NCBI GenBank assembly: GCA_046563655.1
Contig: CM102284.1
Location: 4,898,001 to 4,962,000 of the forward strand
Length of the DNA stretch: 64,000 nucleotides
DNA from: Yuukianura sp. NJ FZ-2021
Taxonomy: Eukaryota
Reading direction: 5' to 3'
This document shows positions 13,848-26,089 of the stretch, in pieces. Under the pieces are notes generated by a model that saw only the letters and a program-made list of their open reading frames with translations, had not been told where the DNA came from and searched no databases. Every line of letters starts with the position of its first letter. Position 1 is the first letter of the stretch. The translations under genes and the position numbers were made by a program.

Positions 13848-16601
13848 ATGGGGAATGACAAGCAAGTAAGTCAGACGGAATCCTAATCGGTTCATTACTG
13901 CAAGTATCGAATTATTTTCGTGCTGTAAGAACGTTAACCTAGAATTGTATTTTTCAGATTATCATTCGTATCCAAGCTCGCGAAGGCACAAAACGAATTC
14001 AAGTAAACCCAGCGATGGCCACAAAACAGTTATATGAGTTGGTACGTTCATATTTAAAAATTTTGCTAAATTACAGGAATGGAAAGGGATTGTTTGTACG
14101 GGAATGGAATGGGATTGACCTGCCTTAGATTTTTGTTAAAGCGAAGGCCAAACCGTTTAGTAAAGGAACATTCTGCTAACTTTTACTTTTCTGCAGGCAC
14201 AAGAGGCCTTTGGGTTCAGCTCCTTTGATTATCAGCTGTATCGAGACAAGGAACGGAAACTGCCAATTGTTTCGTCACCATCAAGAACAATAGCTTCAAA
14301 TAGCATTGGTCACGGAGAGTTACTTTTTCTTACCCCAAATAATGGAGCAACACTTTACTCGGATGCAATGGATGGAATCGAATCAGCTGGGGAATCGTCG
14401 TCCGGAAATGTCAGTAACTCAGGGTCTACGACTTCTTTGAGATCGGGTAAGACTGGAACTGTAATGTTTGACAAGGGTTTCATAGATGACCTTTTCATGT
14501 ATTTTCAGCCCCACCGTTGGTCGAGGATGAAGTGGATACAAAATTGAAAAGTCTGGATGGTCTCATCAAAAGACCAATGGACTCAAAAATGTGTCGACAC
14601 GATGACAATGGTTGCTGTGTCTTCTGCGCTCCGTTGGAACCCTACGACGAGGGATACCTAAAAGCTAACAACATCAAGCACTTATCCTTTCACTCGTATC
14701 TCAAGAAGTTGACTGGTGGGATCGATAAGTAAGTGTTCAAGATCAAAGATCACAACTGAAAGAAACATTTCCGTGTTTTTGAGCTTTACTATGTAAAACC
14801 ACCTCTTCTTTTGCAATAGGGGAAAATTTGCAGCGCTGGAGGACTTGAATGTCAGTATCAAGGAAGGATGTGTAGCACATCCGCCATGGCCACGAGGTAT
14901 TTGTTCCAAATGTCAGCCGTCTGCAGTCACTTTGAACCGTCAGGTTAGTTAGTAACTCTGCCGTATGATATTTGTCGCATTAGTGAAATCTACTTTTTTT
15001 TTACAGTCTTACCGACATGTAGACAACGTCATGTTTGAAAATCCCCAAATTGTGGAAAACTTTCTCAAGTACTGGCGTTCATCGGGCCATCAGCGCATTG
15101 GTTTTCTCTTTGGCAAGTTTGAGGAGCATACTGACGTCCCTCTTGGAATTCGGTAGTTGTCTTTGAGTTTGTTCAGAATGTTTCAAGATTTTGATTGTAA
15201 GTGTAACAATCATTTTTTTACGCTATCACAGAGCTCGAGTAGCCGCAATTTACGAGCCACCACAACAGAGTACGCGTGATAGAGTCCAGCTTCTGCCTGA
15301 CGAGAAGGCGGGATTCGTCAACGAAGTTGCAGAAGGACTCGGGCTGAAGTGTGTGGGATGGATATTTTCTGACCTCATTCCGGAAGACGTCACTGCCGGT
15401 ACAGTGAAGCATCTTCGAGGGATTCATACGTACTTCCTCTCAGCCCAGGAGTGTGTCTCTGCTGCTCATTTACAAAATATGCATCCTAACGTCTGTAAAG
15501 CTGCACAAAAGGGTACATTTGGCTCTAAATTTGCCACGGTACTTGTCACAGGTAAGTTGTGAATACAAATATTCTTCATATTACTATCAAAAACGTATTC
15601 AAAGGCAGCATTCTTCTTTTGTAGGTGACGAATCGCACCACGTTCACATGGTAGGGTACCAAGTGTCGAATCAGTGCATGTCACTAGTTCGTGAAAAAAT
15701 CCTGGTCCCAACGAAAGACGCTCCTGAACTGGGGTACATTATTGACTCTTCGGAAAAGAAATACGTTCCCGATGTTTTCTTCAAGGTAATTCGAAATTTC
15801 AAAACTACAGATTCGTTTTGTGTGTTTGATTCAGGATCAACTGAGATTTTGAATGTTTTTGTATAGCAAAAAGACGAATACGGGAACGAAGTAACGCGAC
15901 TGGGTCGTCCACTACCGGTTGAGTACTTGCTTGTGGACGTCACTGTGTCAACGCCGATTGAACCCAGATCCATGTTCACACTCAAGGAAGGCATAACTCC
16001 ATTTCCAATTGAAAATCGTGAAAATGTCGACGGCTCCCTTCAAGTAAGATTTGTTGAATTTTGAAAGCAAAGAATTGTACGGTTCATTTTGTCGATTTTG
16101 CGTCGAATTTCAATTGAACTGTAATAAAATTACAGGATTTCCATGCACTCGCAACTTACTTGAGCCAATTTACACGACGAGATGCATTTCTGCGTGTAGC
16201 CAGTGATTTCCACTTTCTCATTTACATCGCCACAATGGAAATTGTCCAACTTCGGGATTACATTGGACCGTTGCTAACAGCAGTCAAGAATCGCGACGGT
16301 GACGCAGCTGAAGAATGGGCCAAATCTGATTTCTGGGCAACTGTACGTTAATTCTAAAACAAAAGTATGAAAATCTAACGAAGTGTAATTAATTAAATTC
16401 TTTTTACTTTAGGTGGAAAGACTAATTGAAGCCTCAACCATTTCTCCATCGAGTACTCAGTCAGGCGTTGCTGGACCAGGACAAGGTCGTCAGCAAGCAA
16501 TCATCTCACCGCAAGCAACTTGGACTTGTGAGCGCTGTACATATCTCAACAGTGGCACAGCAGCGACGTGTGACGTTTGTCAATTTTCTCGTTTCTCATA
16601 A
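13848..16601 (+). CDS. NPLOC4: Nuclear protein localization protein 4 homolog (p97/Ufd1 cofactor)
   Basis: Motifs [83 protein letters not shown] and [12 protein letters not shown], plus a C-terminal NZF finger [10 protein letters not shown]...CDVC. Confidence 0.95.
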
Positions 16602-16771
16602 ACAATTTCTCTAATTCTACGCATTTGTAAGTGACCGATCACATTTTCCAAACGTAGTAACTTATATTGGCGCATCACTAGGAGCGAGAAATTAATATTT
16701 AGTTGGAACAACGCGATTTAAAAATCAACCAAATTAAACAGTCATTTCATTTAAAAAGGTTTCGTTACGGT

Positions 16772-17437
16772 TTATTGCAGGTACTTTGACAATATCCAGT
16801 TTTCAGGTATTATCATCGTAAGTAAGGACATTACTAACAAAATACTGGCAAGTAGTATCTGTGTCCAAGTTATTTGGAAAACGCTGTCATCTTCTTCAAA
16901 CAGTTCTTGGACGACAGAGTCATACATGGTATTCAGCGGACAGTCAATTTGGCAGCAGCAACCGTTTGGAAACTGAAGCACTGTGTGTCCTTTTTGTAAA
17001 GTTTTTTGAATTGTGTTTAGTGCAACAGTGACCCAAAATGTGGGATCAATGTCCACTGACCCCATGGACATAACGTTTCTGTTATTATTGAAACTAGCGT
17101 AGCACTGGAGTGCAAAATCTTGACATTCGGATTCTTCCGGAAGTTGTCTCCGTTGTTTCTTGTTGACAAGGGATACTACATGGTAGAAAAATGGTTCCTG
17201 GCACATCGTAAAAAGCGCGTGCTTTTCAAACATGGCTTGCAGAATTGCGCCATGATCCAACTCCATCTCCATTGGAGGTGGAAGGGGCTCATTTCTTTCG
17301 GTAGCTGCAATTTTAACACAAAGTATTTCAATTGCTTTGTTAATTTTAAATTTTGCTGGTACAATTGCACTCGTAAAGTTTTTCTAACCTTTACCCGTTT
17401 TGTGTTTTGTCTTTTTCAGTTTTCTCGTAGTTGTCAT
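16772..17437 (-). CDS. Uncharacterised protein with a C-terminal transmembrane helix (2 exons)
   Basis: Exon MTTTRKLKKTKHKT (ATG 17437) splices in frame (phase 1) to the 166-aa ORF, which ends in a hydrophobic segment WTQILLASILLVMSLLTMIIP. Confidence 0.5.
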
Positions 17438-17789
17438 AAGTCGTAGCGTTTTTCGATAACTGCTCCAGACTAAACAAACCACTTTAATTTTTAAACGTAA
17501 TTTCCAATTAACGTTCACCTAGCTCTCAAATCTTAGGTTTCAGCGCTGCGTCATCACAACGTAACCGCAAAGATTAAGAATTAAAGCGCTTTGTTATGTT
17601 ACTGCTAGAAAGTAAAGTGAAAAACACCTTTCACCTTGCATATTTGCGTGCAAATTTTGATTCTGATGAATCAAAGCTTATTCAACAAACTGAAGTTTTG
17701 AAATTTTTAGAACCGAACTTTAATATCAACGATATTTGAAATGTCTGAAGAATTAAAACGTAATGGATCTGCGAAACTTGTGAATCGCT

Positions 17790-19280
17790 TCAGGGGGAAG
17801 TGTTTATTAATGCGCAAGGCTCAAGGCCAAGGACGGCAGTATTGAAGGCATTCCATAACTGATTGTTGGATGTGCATACTGTCACTCCGCCCCGAGATGC
17901 TTGACCTTTCTGAAATGGCACAAGACAAAGTTTACTGAAAATTGTTAGGTTAAGCAATGTGCTTATTAGGTGACCTTGACCTTTGACCTTACCATTCTGT
18001 TTAAATCCGAAACACAAATCCATGAATTGTCACTTCCTTTAGGAGTGACCAACCATTTGCTATGGTCGTTTCTCGTAAAATCGTTTCCTTCAATGATTGC
18101 TTTCTTTTCAATGTTCATCACTTGGTAGGAATGATCTTCGCAACTGGAATTTAGCACGCCCTGACCCATTCTCCAAGATTGCACTTCTAAATCGCTTTTT
18201 AGTGCTGGGGCTATCCAATCTAAGTAGATTTCTGCAAAACAGGTCAAAGGTCAAACATTTAACCATTTTAGTTATGAGCATTTTTGGGAAGCTGAATCCT
18301 GGAGTCACCTTTGTCAAATTTTGGACTTTTAGCAAAAACTGTAAAAGCTAGTTGTCCAATTTTAAAATTTGATGTTGCGTTGAGTGGTCCACCGGCCCGG
18401 AATCGCTTAGTCGTCACGAACTTTTGTAATTTCGGAAAAAGTTTAACAAGATTTTCAGGAATTGAAGAATTTCCAATATTGGCTCGAGTTAGAGTGAACG
18501 TATCTCCGAGAGAATCAACTTGACTGGCCGTGCGGAGTGTCATGCAAAGAAACATTTGACCGTTGACCAAACCATTGGACGGGTAGAAGTTGTCGCCAGG
18601 GGAAGGAAACTTCGGGACGCTGTGGACAAGCCACAGGCCACCGCCGCCATTTGCAAGCACAATTCCCTTGGAGTGACCATTTCCTGAAAATGCATCTCGG
18701 TCTGGTGGCTGGTCATTGTAGACAATGCTGAGCATGTCGGATCCTGATGACTGTAAATTACAAAATTACTTTAACGTTATAAATTATGAACTGAGTTTAT
18801 CAAAATTTGAAAATGAAATTACAGGCTCCAAATACTGGCGTATGGACTGGCCCACGATGGAGTTGAGGTTACTAATGGGTCTGTCGGATGGTCGCCATGC
18901 TTTGTACCCTGGAAGAAGATAGGAGTATCCAGTTCCTTGACGAAAAGTTGACCCAGACGCTGACCTCAGTTTTGGAAGTTTGTAGGCAATGAACCTACAA
19001 AATTTGGAAAAAATTCAAAATTTGGAGAAACATTTGTGCTAAGTTGTACGACATACGCTTACCATGGAACTGGGTTACCATTTTCATCTTTACATTGGAT
19101 CTTGTTCGTCGATTGGACCGACTGTTGATTTTCGCTGGTCAAAGTTGGTTCTAGTTGGTCCGAAACTGCATCGGATGTCGCTCCAGTGTCGTCTCTTTGT
19201 GTCATACGGCGACATTCCACTTGCACTCTGGAGGTCAAACAAACTGCTGCAAATATTGCCAGCAGTCGCAGAAGCTTCAT
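17790..19280 (-). CDS. DNASE2: Deoxyribonuclease II / plancitoxin-like, paralogue 1
   Basis: Signal peptide, then CKDENGNPVPWFIAYKLPK, YNDQPP..GHSKG, WLVHSVPKFP, NGQMFLC, DHSKW, WICVSDLNRM and RGGVTVC. Both HxK catalytic motifs are present. Confidence 0.92.
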
Positions 19281-19297
19281 TGTAATTGTGAGCCTTC

Positions 19298-19305
19298 TAT
19301 CGATA
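19298..19305. promoter_or_regulatory. DRE-like palindrome TATCGATA between divergent DNase II-1 and the orphan gene
   Basis: Exact match to the arthropod DRE octamer 18 nt upstream of the DNase II-1 ATG. A single 8-mer could be chance. Confidence 0.25.
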
Positions 19306-19907
19306 GTCCTCTCTGTTCAGCATATTCGACACATTTGCTGAAATTTTTGTGTAAATTTTCAATAGATTTCCGCAAAACCAAAAAAAATGTTTGCGGTAAA
19401 TGCGGTCATTTTTTGTATCAAGTTAAAATATATGACGCGTTTTAGTATTTCAAATTCAAACAGGCTTTACTGACAAAGTTGTTTTTTAACCGCATCATCC
19501 TATTGAAAAGATATAAATTATAAGATGCTTCATGAATTTCAACACGGTTGAGTAATTTTGAAAACCTAATTTCCAAAATTATTGCCCATTGTTCAACCCA
19601 TTAATTCAAAAGCATGACCAAAATCTATACACGCGATCAGCCAACATCTAATTTGCAATTTCAATTTCTTCTGACGTAGGTGAATTTTTGACACATGCTT
19701 ATCCCCTTAGCGATGTTGAATAGTTACTTCTATGTTTGTTTGACCTTGACCTTAACACATAACCGAATTTGCTGGTCAGTAAAAATGTCACGCTCTTCCT
19801 ATCAACCAAAATTTTGAAAACACAAAGAAATCGCGTCCTTTTGAAAAAAACGGAAAAGAACGCGACTTTGTTAGAATTGCTTGAAATATCGTTAATGTGA
19901 AGCACTT

Positions 19908-22583
19908 ATGATGGAGGCCGTAAAATCCAAAGAGACAGTCAATTTCAAACATTCAAATGATGTGTTGCTTCCAGACCTGGAGCCTCCAGCGTCCTTGGAC
20001 CAAGACCTCCGTGACCTGGCATCTCTTGACCTCGGAGAGCTCAATCACAATTCCGTACAGGAAGATGAATGTCGTTCAAATTCAGAAAAGCCCGCGGAAT
20101 CCACGGATGTCACTGACACCAAGAATGAGGCTAATACGTCGCCGCCAGTTGTCAACGAATGTACTACGACTGTCGAAAGCAATGAACCGGTCTTCAAACT
20201 TGTAATGCCCATCAAATGCTATTCGGATCCGGAACTTGTGATTCCAGAATCTTATATAGTAAACACAGAAGCAAATGATCAGGTCAAACCGATTTTCGAG
20301 TTGTTCAAACAGGCGCAACAGAAACTTCCACCAACAGCAAGCCAAGCTGGTCCAGAAGCATCCCAGCCTCAAGATGGCGTAGTTTCAGGAACCTCCAAAT
20401 CGAAATGTACAGATCCAGATTGTTTTTGTTCAAGTTTGCACTCGACACTTGGAATAAATGGCGCAGACAAGACGAAAAATTCTACTGCCAGCATTTGCAA
20501 GCATTCAAACTCCTACATGCTACGGCAAAAACAACGACAACATGCTAGTAAAACCGAAGCCATGTCGGCAGTACTCACATCTTACAAAACTTCCAGGCAA
20601 CGGAGCAAGAGTCGTTGGCAGAAATTTTTATCAATTTTCCGGAAGTCTGGAACAAAAAGTTCAGCAAATCGAAGCAAAACTAAACCGAGTTGGAGAGACG
20701 AAGCTAACGCAGTTGAGGAGTTGAGCAATCTAGCTCTGGGAAAGTCACCAACACTTCGGTTCGCCAATAGACACCAAACGATTGACGTTGATTCGGAAAG
20801 GTCATGCGTACCGTACTCGGATTCAGTGCGTGGTAAAGAGTACACGGCAGAGCATCTCTGGGAATTGTACTTTGGAATGAATAAATTCATCGATACGGTC
20901 TACGGTAAACTTTATTTTCAGTTTCAATTTCAGTTTTTCATTTTTTAAACTAATTTTTCGTAATTTTTTGTTTGAAATGACTCAGGACCGTCTGGGTTAC
21001 GCCGCTACCACTACAAGCTACACCCAAGTTCAACTGTGTTGACCAGGATTGCAGAATCGGCAAAACCGATCCGCCGATTCCGCTATTTTCTTCTGATTCT
21101 TCTTGGATACAATTACGATGTGGACGCAATTCAGCGGGACAAACCCACACATAAAGTCACCGGACTTGACCATCTTACGACCCTCATTGGCCGAAGTGAA
21201 ACTGTCATCCGCAGTTGCATGAGTGAACTGATAATGTACGACTTTCCACAATGTGTCAGAGACAATCTCCTGGAAGGACTGAAACATATCCAGTCTCTAG
21301 TCAACCCAACTCCAGAGACCCAAGCTGACGTTTTTGGCCAGCATCGTCACCATCCCGGTGGATTCGTTTTGCCAACTTACTACCCACCGCTACCCTCCAG
21401 TCAAAATGACACTGCAATGTCATGTTCCAAGAAAAGTAAGCGTAACAGCAAAGCAAATAAGGAATTGATCGAAAAGTACTCCGTGGATCCCATTCCACCG
21501 TATCGGTCGGGAGCAACTCCTCCACCCATGGTTCGGAATCTGAGAAACAATAAGATGAAGCCCATCACTCAAACTCCGAAACTGGCCAAAAATTTCAACA
21601 TGTTTGAGTTCGTGTTCGATCAGGATCCGGGAAATACCGATCCTCCACAGACTTTCGATACACGTTTCCCTGCGTGCCCTCTTCCGAGCGACATTTCTTC
21701 CAAGCCTCCTTTGATCCTCAGGGGTATAGGCAACGACAGACTCAAAGCCGACTCAAGTCGAACTTCATCATGTCTGCCGGTACAACGCAACCCATTACGC
21801 CTTCAGCCTTCCACGCGGGAAAATTTGGTTCGTGATGAACTTGCTTGCAAATCTCATTTTTACAACCGGGAAAAGCTGTTTCGCTCAGCTCAGGATAATG
21901 TTTCCGTCGCTTATGAAAATTCGCTTGACGATCTGCTCGAAAGAACCAAATTTTACAAAGATCCCACTGCTGCTACAACGATTTTTCGAAAAGAAAAGAA
22001 GAGCAAGACGGTAAAAGAAGAGAATAAGAAGGAAAGACAAGAAATCGTGAAACTGCCATATTCTTATGAAGAACTTACAAAAATGATCACTGATGAACCG
22101 GCGACCTCTGACACACCAGCGGCAAAAACTGAAACCAAGTCTACCACTATCGCTGGACAAACTACTCAAAACGATCTGATTGGCGGAGCAGTGGACGATG
22201 CCGATGGATTTGTCATTCCGCCGTCAACGTCGCCAAAGAAGAAGCGCAGCATGAAGCTAAGAACCAGAAAGCGAATTGAGTCATACTATCCCTCACTGCC
22301 ATTGTCACGGTTTTCACTTCCGGTGGACGCCAGTCGACTGCGCTGGAGCCTCGAGAGGTACAACAACCACAATAGCTTCAAAAGTACTTCGGAAGTTGTT
22401 TCTAGCAGCAGTTCTGACGACGACGACCCATTTGGAATGTGGCCACGCCGACGCAGCTCGACTTTACCGCCTTCAACGACTCTTGAAAACGTTTCGGCAG
22501 AGCTGAAGGGATGGGCACGTCGGAAAGGACGCCAAATTGGAGAGGTCAAGTCTCGTGTCACAAAACTATTCAAGAAGAACTAA
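19908..22583 (+). CDS. Uncharacterised Ser/Pro/Lys-rich protein, about 864 aa (2 exons)
   Basis: The 346-aa and 515-aa ORFs are joined in frame by the 81-nt GT-AG intron 20905-20985. No recognisable domain. Confidence 0.75.
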
Positions 22584-22743
22584 AACTTCAAAAAAGTTAT
22601 TTTTACATTCACAAAATAAGCTTAATCAAACAAACAAACTTTAGTTGTGATTTTGAAATAGTACAATGAGTAGTTCAACAAAATTGGTCATGGAGGGCAA
22701 AGGTCATTGAAGATTGAGAAAAACAAGAATTTTTTAAACATTT

Positions 22744-24340
22744 TTAGAAAAAGAAGGTTCTTCTTGGACACGGTTGAATTCCGGTTATGGATGCAGTAAG
22801 GAGGTTCCACAAGGAATGATTTTGAGTACAAAGTACTGCCCCGCCACGGACTTTCTGATGTTGCTAAAAGTTTGAAATTTTGAAAAATTTAAAAAAAATG
22901 TTTTTGAAAAGTTGAAATTTTGTTTGAACATTTACCATTCTGTTCAAATCTCCGATGCAGATCCACGGACTACTCTCCTCTGCTCCTACCGCCCTACATG
23001 GAAAATTTTAGTTTAAAAATTTAAATTCCCTGCGCAGCGATTTTGAAAATTTTGATGGGTTCAAAATGAGTGACTTTTCACAATTCAGATTGACTTTTTT
23101 GAAAAAAAAAATCAAGTTTACCATTTTGAGTGGTCCGAATGGGACGAAAAATCTTGTCCGTTCAATTTTTTGAGCAAAACGTTGTGTACTGTTAGATTTG
23201 ATGCAGTACAGTTAGACGGAAATGGATTCGGGCCATTCAGCCAAGATTGCACATTTAGTGGACTTTGCAATTCTGGAGCAATCCAGTCAGCATAAATTTC
23301 TGCACGCAAAAAAATTAAAAATTGGAATTCAGAATTCTACCTACAGGGTAAATTACTTTCCGATTCCAACTTCGCGATTCTTACCTCTATAGAATTGCGG
23401 TCCTTTGGCAAATACCGTAAAATGCAAAGTGTCAACATCCAATTGCAGCAATTTGTACAACGGTGGACTCTTGGTTGACCTTGTCATTGACCCGTTTTTC
23501 TTTTTGACCAATTTGCTCAAATTTGGTAATTGTGGAACCAGGGCTTTAGGAATCGAGTAGTTGAAAATATTTGGACGCGTGTAGGACAGGATTTCAGCGA
23601 TTCCGTCTACTTGTGATACGTTAAGGGTAAGACATAGGAACATTTGACCATTGGTGAATCCAGTTCTTGGATACGAGTAACGTGAACTTAACGTTGGGAA
23701 ATGTGGTACGGAGTGGATGAGCCAAATACCGCCTTGGGCGTTGGTGACAATGACCCCCTTGGTGTGACCGTTGCTAAAAATTGTTGGTCCATTTGGTGGC
23801 TGGTCGTTGTACAAAAAGTAGGCGGTGGAAGAATCCTGAAAAACGAAAATTTCACAATTCCTCTGGATGACTTTTTATTGAAAAATTTTGAAAAGTTTTA
23901 CATTTTGAAATATTGGTCCAAGCGTTCTGCCAATGATTGACCTGGGGTCATCTATGCCTTCTTCACTTTCTGTCCACTGCGATGCCTCTGGAGTGACGAT
24001 CACATGACCTGCGCCTCTTCTGTAAATTGGATCCGCAGAACCGCGAACTTTTGGAAGTTTGTAGGTCAATGACCTGGGAACATTATATGGGTCACCTCAG
24101 TTAATCAAATTTCCACAACCTTAACCACAAGCGGCTTTTAAAATGTGAACTAAGCTTTTAAAAAGTTTGCAAATTTTGTCTGCTTAAATTCGAAATGACT
24201 AACCAATTGATTCTGTTTCCATTTCGATCCTCACAAGCAATTCCATTTTGTCCAACGTTTCCTTGAACGAAACACAAAATTCCAGCGACGACGCAGACTA
24301 AAACGGAGCCAAAATTTGGTTCTGGAAGATTTTTAAACAT
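22744..24340 (-). CDS. DNASE2: Deoxyribonuclease II / plancitoxin-like, paralogue 2
   Basis: Signal peptide, then CEDRNGNRINW..TYKLPK, YNDQPP..GHTKG, WLIHSVPHFP, NGQMFLC, DHSKW|AV, WICIGDLNRM and RGGAVLC. Stop at 22744-22746. Confidence 0.92.
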
Positions 24341-25132
24341 CTGGAATATGCTAAAACAAACTGCTAAAAGTGAAACTTATGCAGCAGAAGATGGTGATGA
24401 TGTGATGAATCACTGGATCTCTTGAAACAAAACTAAAAGCTAAGGGGCGTATCCTTCCCTATGTTATTACACTTCCAACATTTTATGTCAAAATGTTCAA
24501 GTGAAACATCGAAAAGTGAAATTGGATGTATCTATGTCCTAAGATGCCAAATTCTTATCATCCAGACTTAACCAGATGAAAGAAACTCTCCAGAAGACTC
24601 TGGAACGGTTCTTGTGTGACATGACATTGACACACTGCTGAAACAACAAAAATTTACTACTCCATAAAAAATTTTCCAAAAAAATTTCTGTACTTTTACT
24701 GATGCTGACGAATCTCAAAAAAATTACTGTATGAGTAACATAATTGGTTTTTTTAATATCATAATTTTAATAAATTACAATTTACAAACGGAAAGTTTTT
24801 TTAAGGACTTACAGTATTTTGTTGGCTTTATAGAAATAAATACTGAACATTTCAACGTCATGTCTCGAAGAGTTAACACAAAACCTTTAGTTGTAAGTTA
24901 AGTGTAACCAACAATTAAAGTTAAGGTATTACTTTGTTTACATTAGTTTCATAAATTAGGTTAATGTTAACGTCAGAGGAGTGGTCAACGCAGTAGCTTC
25001 CCGGATTTAGTTACCTCCGCTATAAAACGGAAATGCTATTTTTACTGTTGCCTGTGCTTTGTTGGTTACCCTTCAGTTTCTCGAGTTAGGCGTAGAATTT
25101 TGAAATTGTGATGAAATTTTGAAACTGTTGAA

Positions 25133-25576
25133 CTATTTTCCAATTCTGTATAAACTGAAAACAGTTCTCTGGCGACATCTTCCAGCGTAGTCCATGACAT
25201 GGTCAAAGGGACAAGGTACAGTGACATGTGTCCTCACTTTCTTCTTACCCCGATGTCTTATGGGTTGGTCTTGACCTTGACCCCACGCTCTACTCCAAAT
25301 TCCAGACTCTGTTGCAGGGGCATGGGCACTCGGAGTGCTAGTTGACCTGTCCCTGGCAGACGCTGACTCACTCAGACTAGACTGAAAGAGGAAGTTGGCT
25401 GCTGGTTGTGTCCAAGGACTTCTGTAGGGGCGGGGCAAAGGACTACTGCCCACACTCTGTAGCAGTACAATCATGGCAATCAGTATTTCAATCCTATTGG
25501 AGTTTGACCATGAGGAAAATCCTGGTGACCTTTGACCTTTTCGCCTTTCTGTGCATCTATTTCCTAAAGATGACAT
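25133..25576 (-). CDS. Putative secreted peptide precursor with C-terminal two-Cys loop (GBP/ENF/SRP cytokine-like)
   Basis: Single 147-aa ORF with hydrophobic IEILIAMIVLLQSVGS, a Ser-rich pro-region, basic KKKVR and then THVTVPCPFDHVMDYAGRCRQRTVF. Confidence 0.55.
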   Translation of the reverse strand: MSSLGNRCTERRKGQRSPGFSSWSNSNRIEILIAMIVLLQSVGSSPLPRPYRSPWTQPAANFLFQSSLSESASARDRSTSTPSAHAPATESGIWSRAWGQGQDQPIRHRGKKKVRTHVTVPCPFDHVMDYAGRCRQRTVFSLYRIGK

Positions 25577-26089
25577 TTCTAGAAACTTTTGGAAGTAGAA
25601 ATAGTAAACTTTCGACGCGAATCTCGTAGAAATACACGGATTTAAAATTTTTTTGAAACTTCGAAGAGCTTTTGCTGTTCTTGTTCACAGTGCCAAAAAC
25701 GAGAATTGAAAAGTAATTTGAAGAAATGTTGGCCAATCGAGATCACTGACACCTTAACTTTAACTTTGTAGTTGATTAATTGACAATTATAAGGTGCACT
25801 TGTCTAGACTATGACTTTAGGATGTTTACAGCTCAAAAGTCAGAAACAAAGTGGTGAGCACGAATAGTTTCACGAAGAAGTAGTGAGTCCGTGCGAATTG
25901 AACTGAATTTCAGATTGATGAATAATTGTATGCGTGTATACGGTCAAGTACTTTAAATGCTGAATTGGACTTTATAGACATACGAAGTGTCCTTCCGCCT
26001 GCCTGCCTGCTTCCTCGTGTCTGCTCAATCTAAATCTCCCAATCACAAGTTCTTGCTCTGCTTAACATTTGTAGAGCTCTGAAGAGTTA

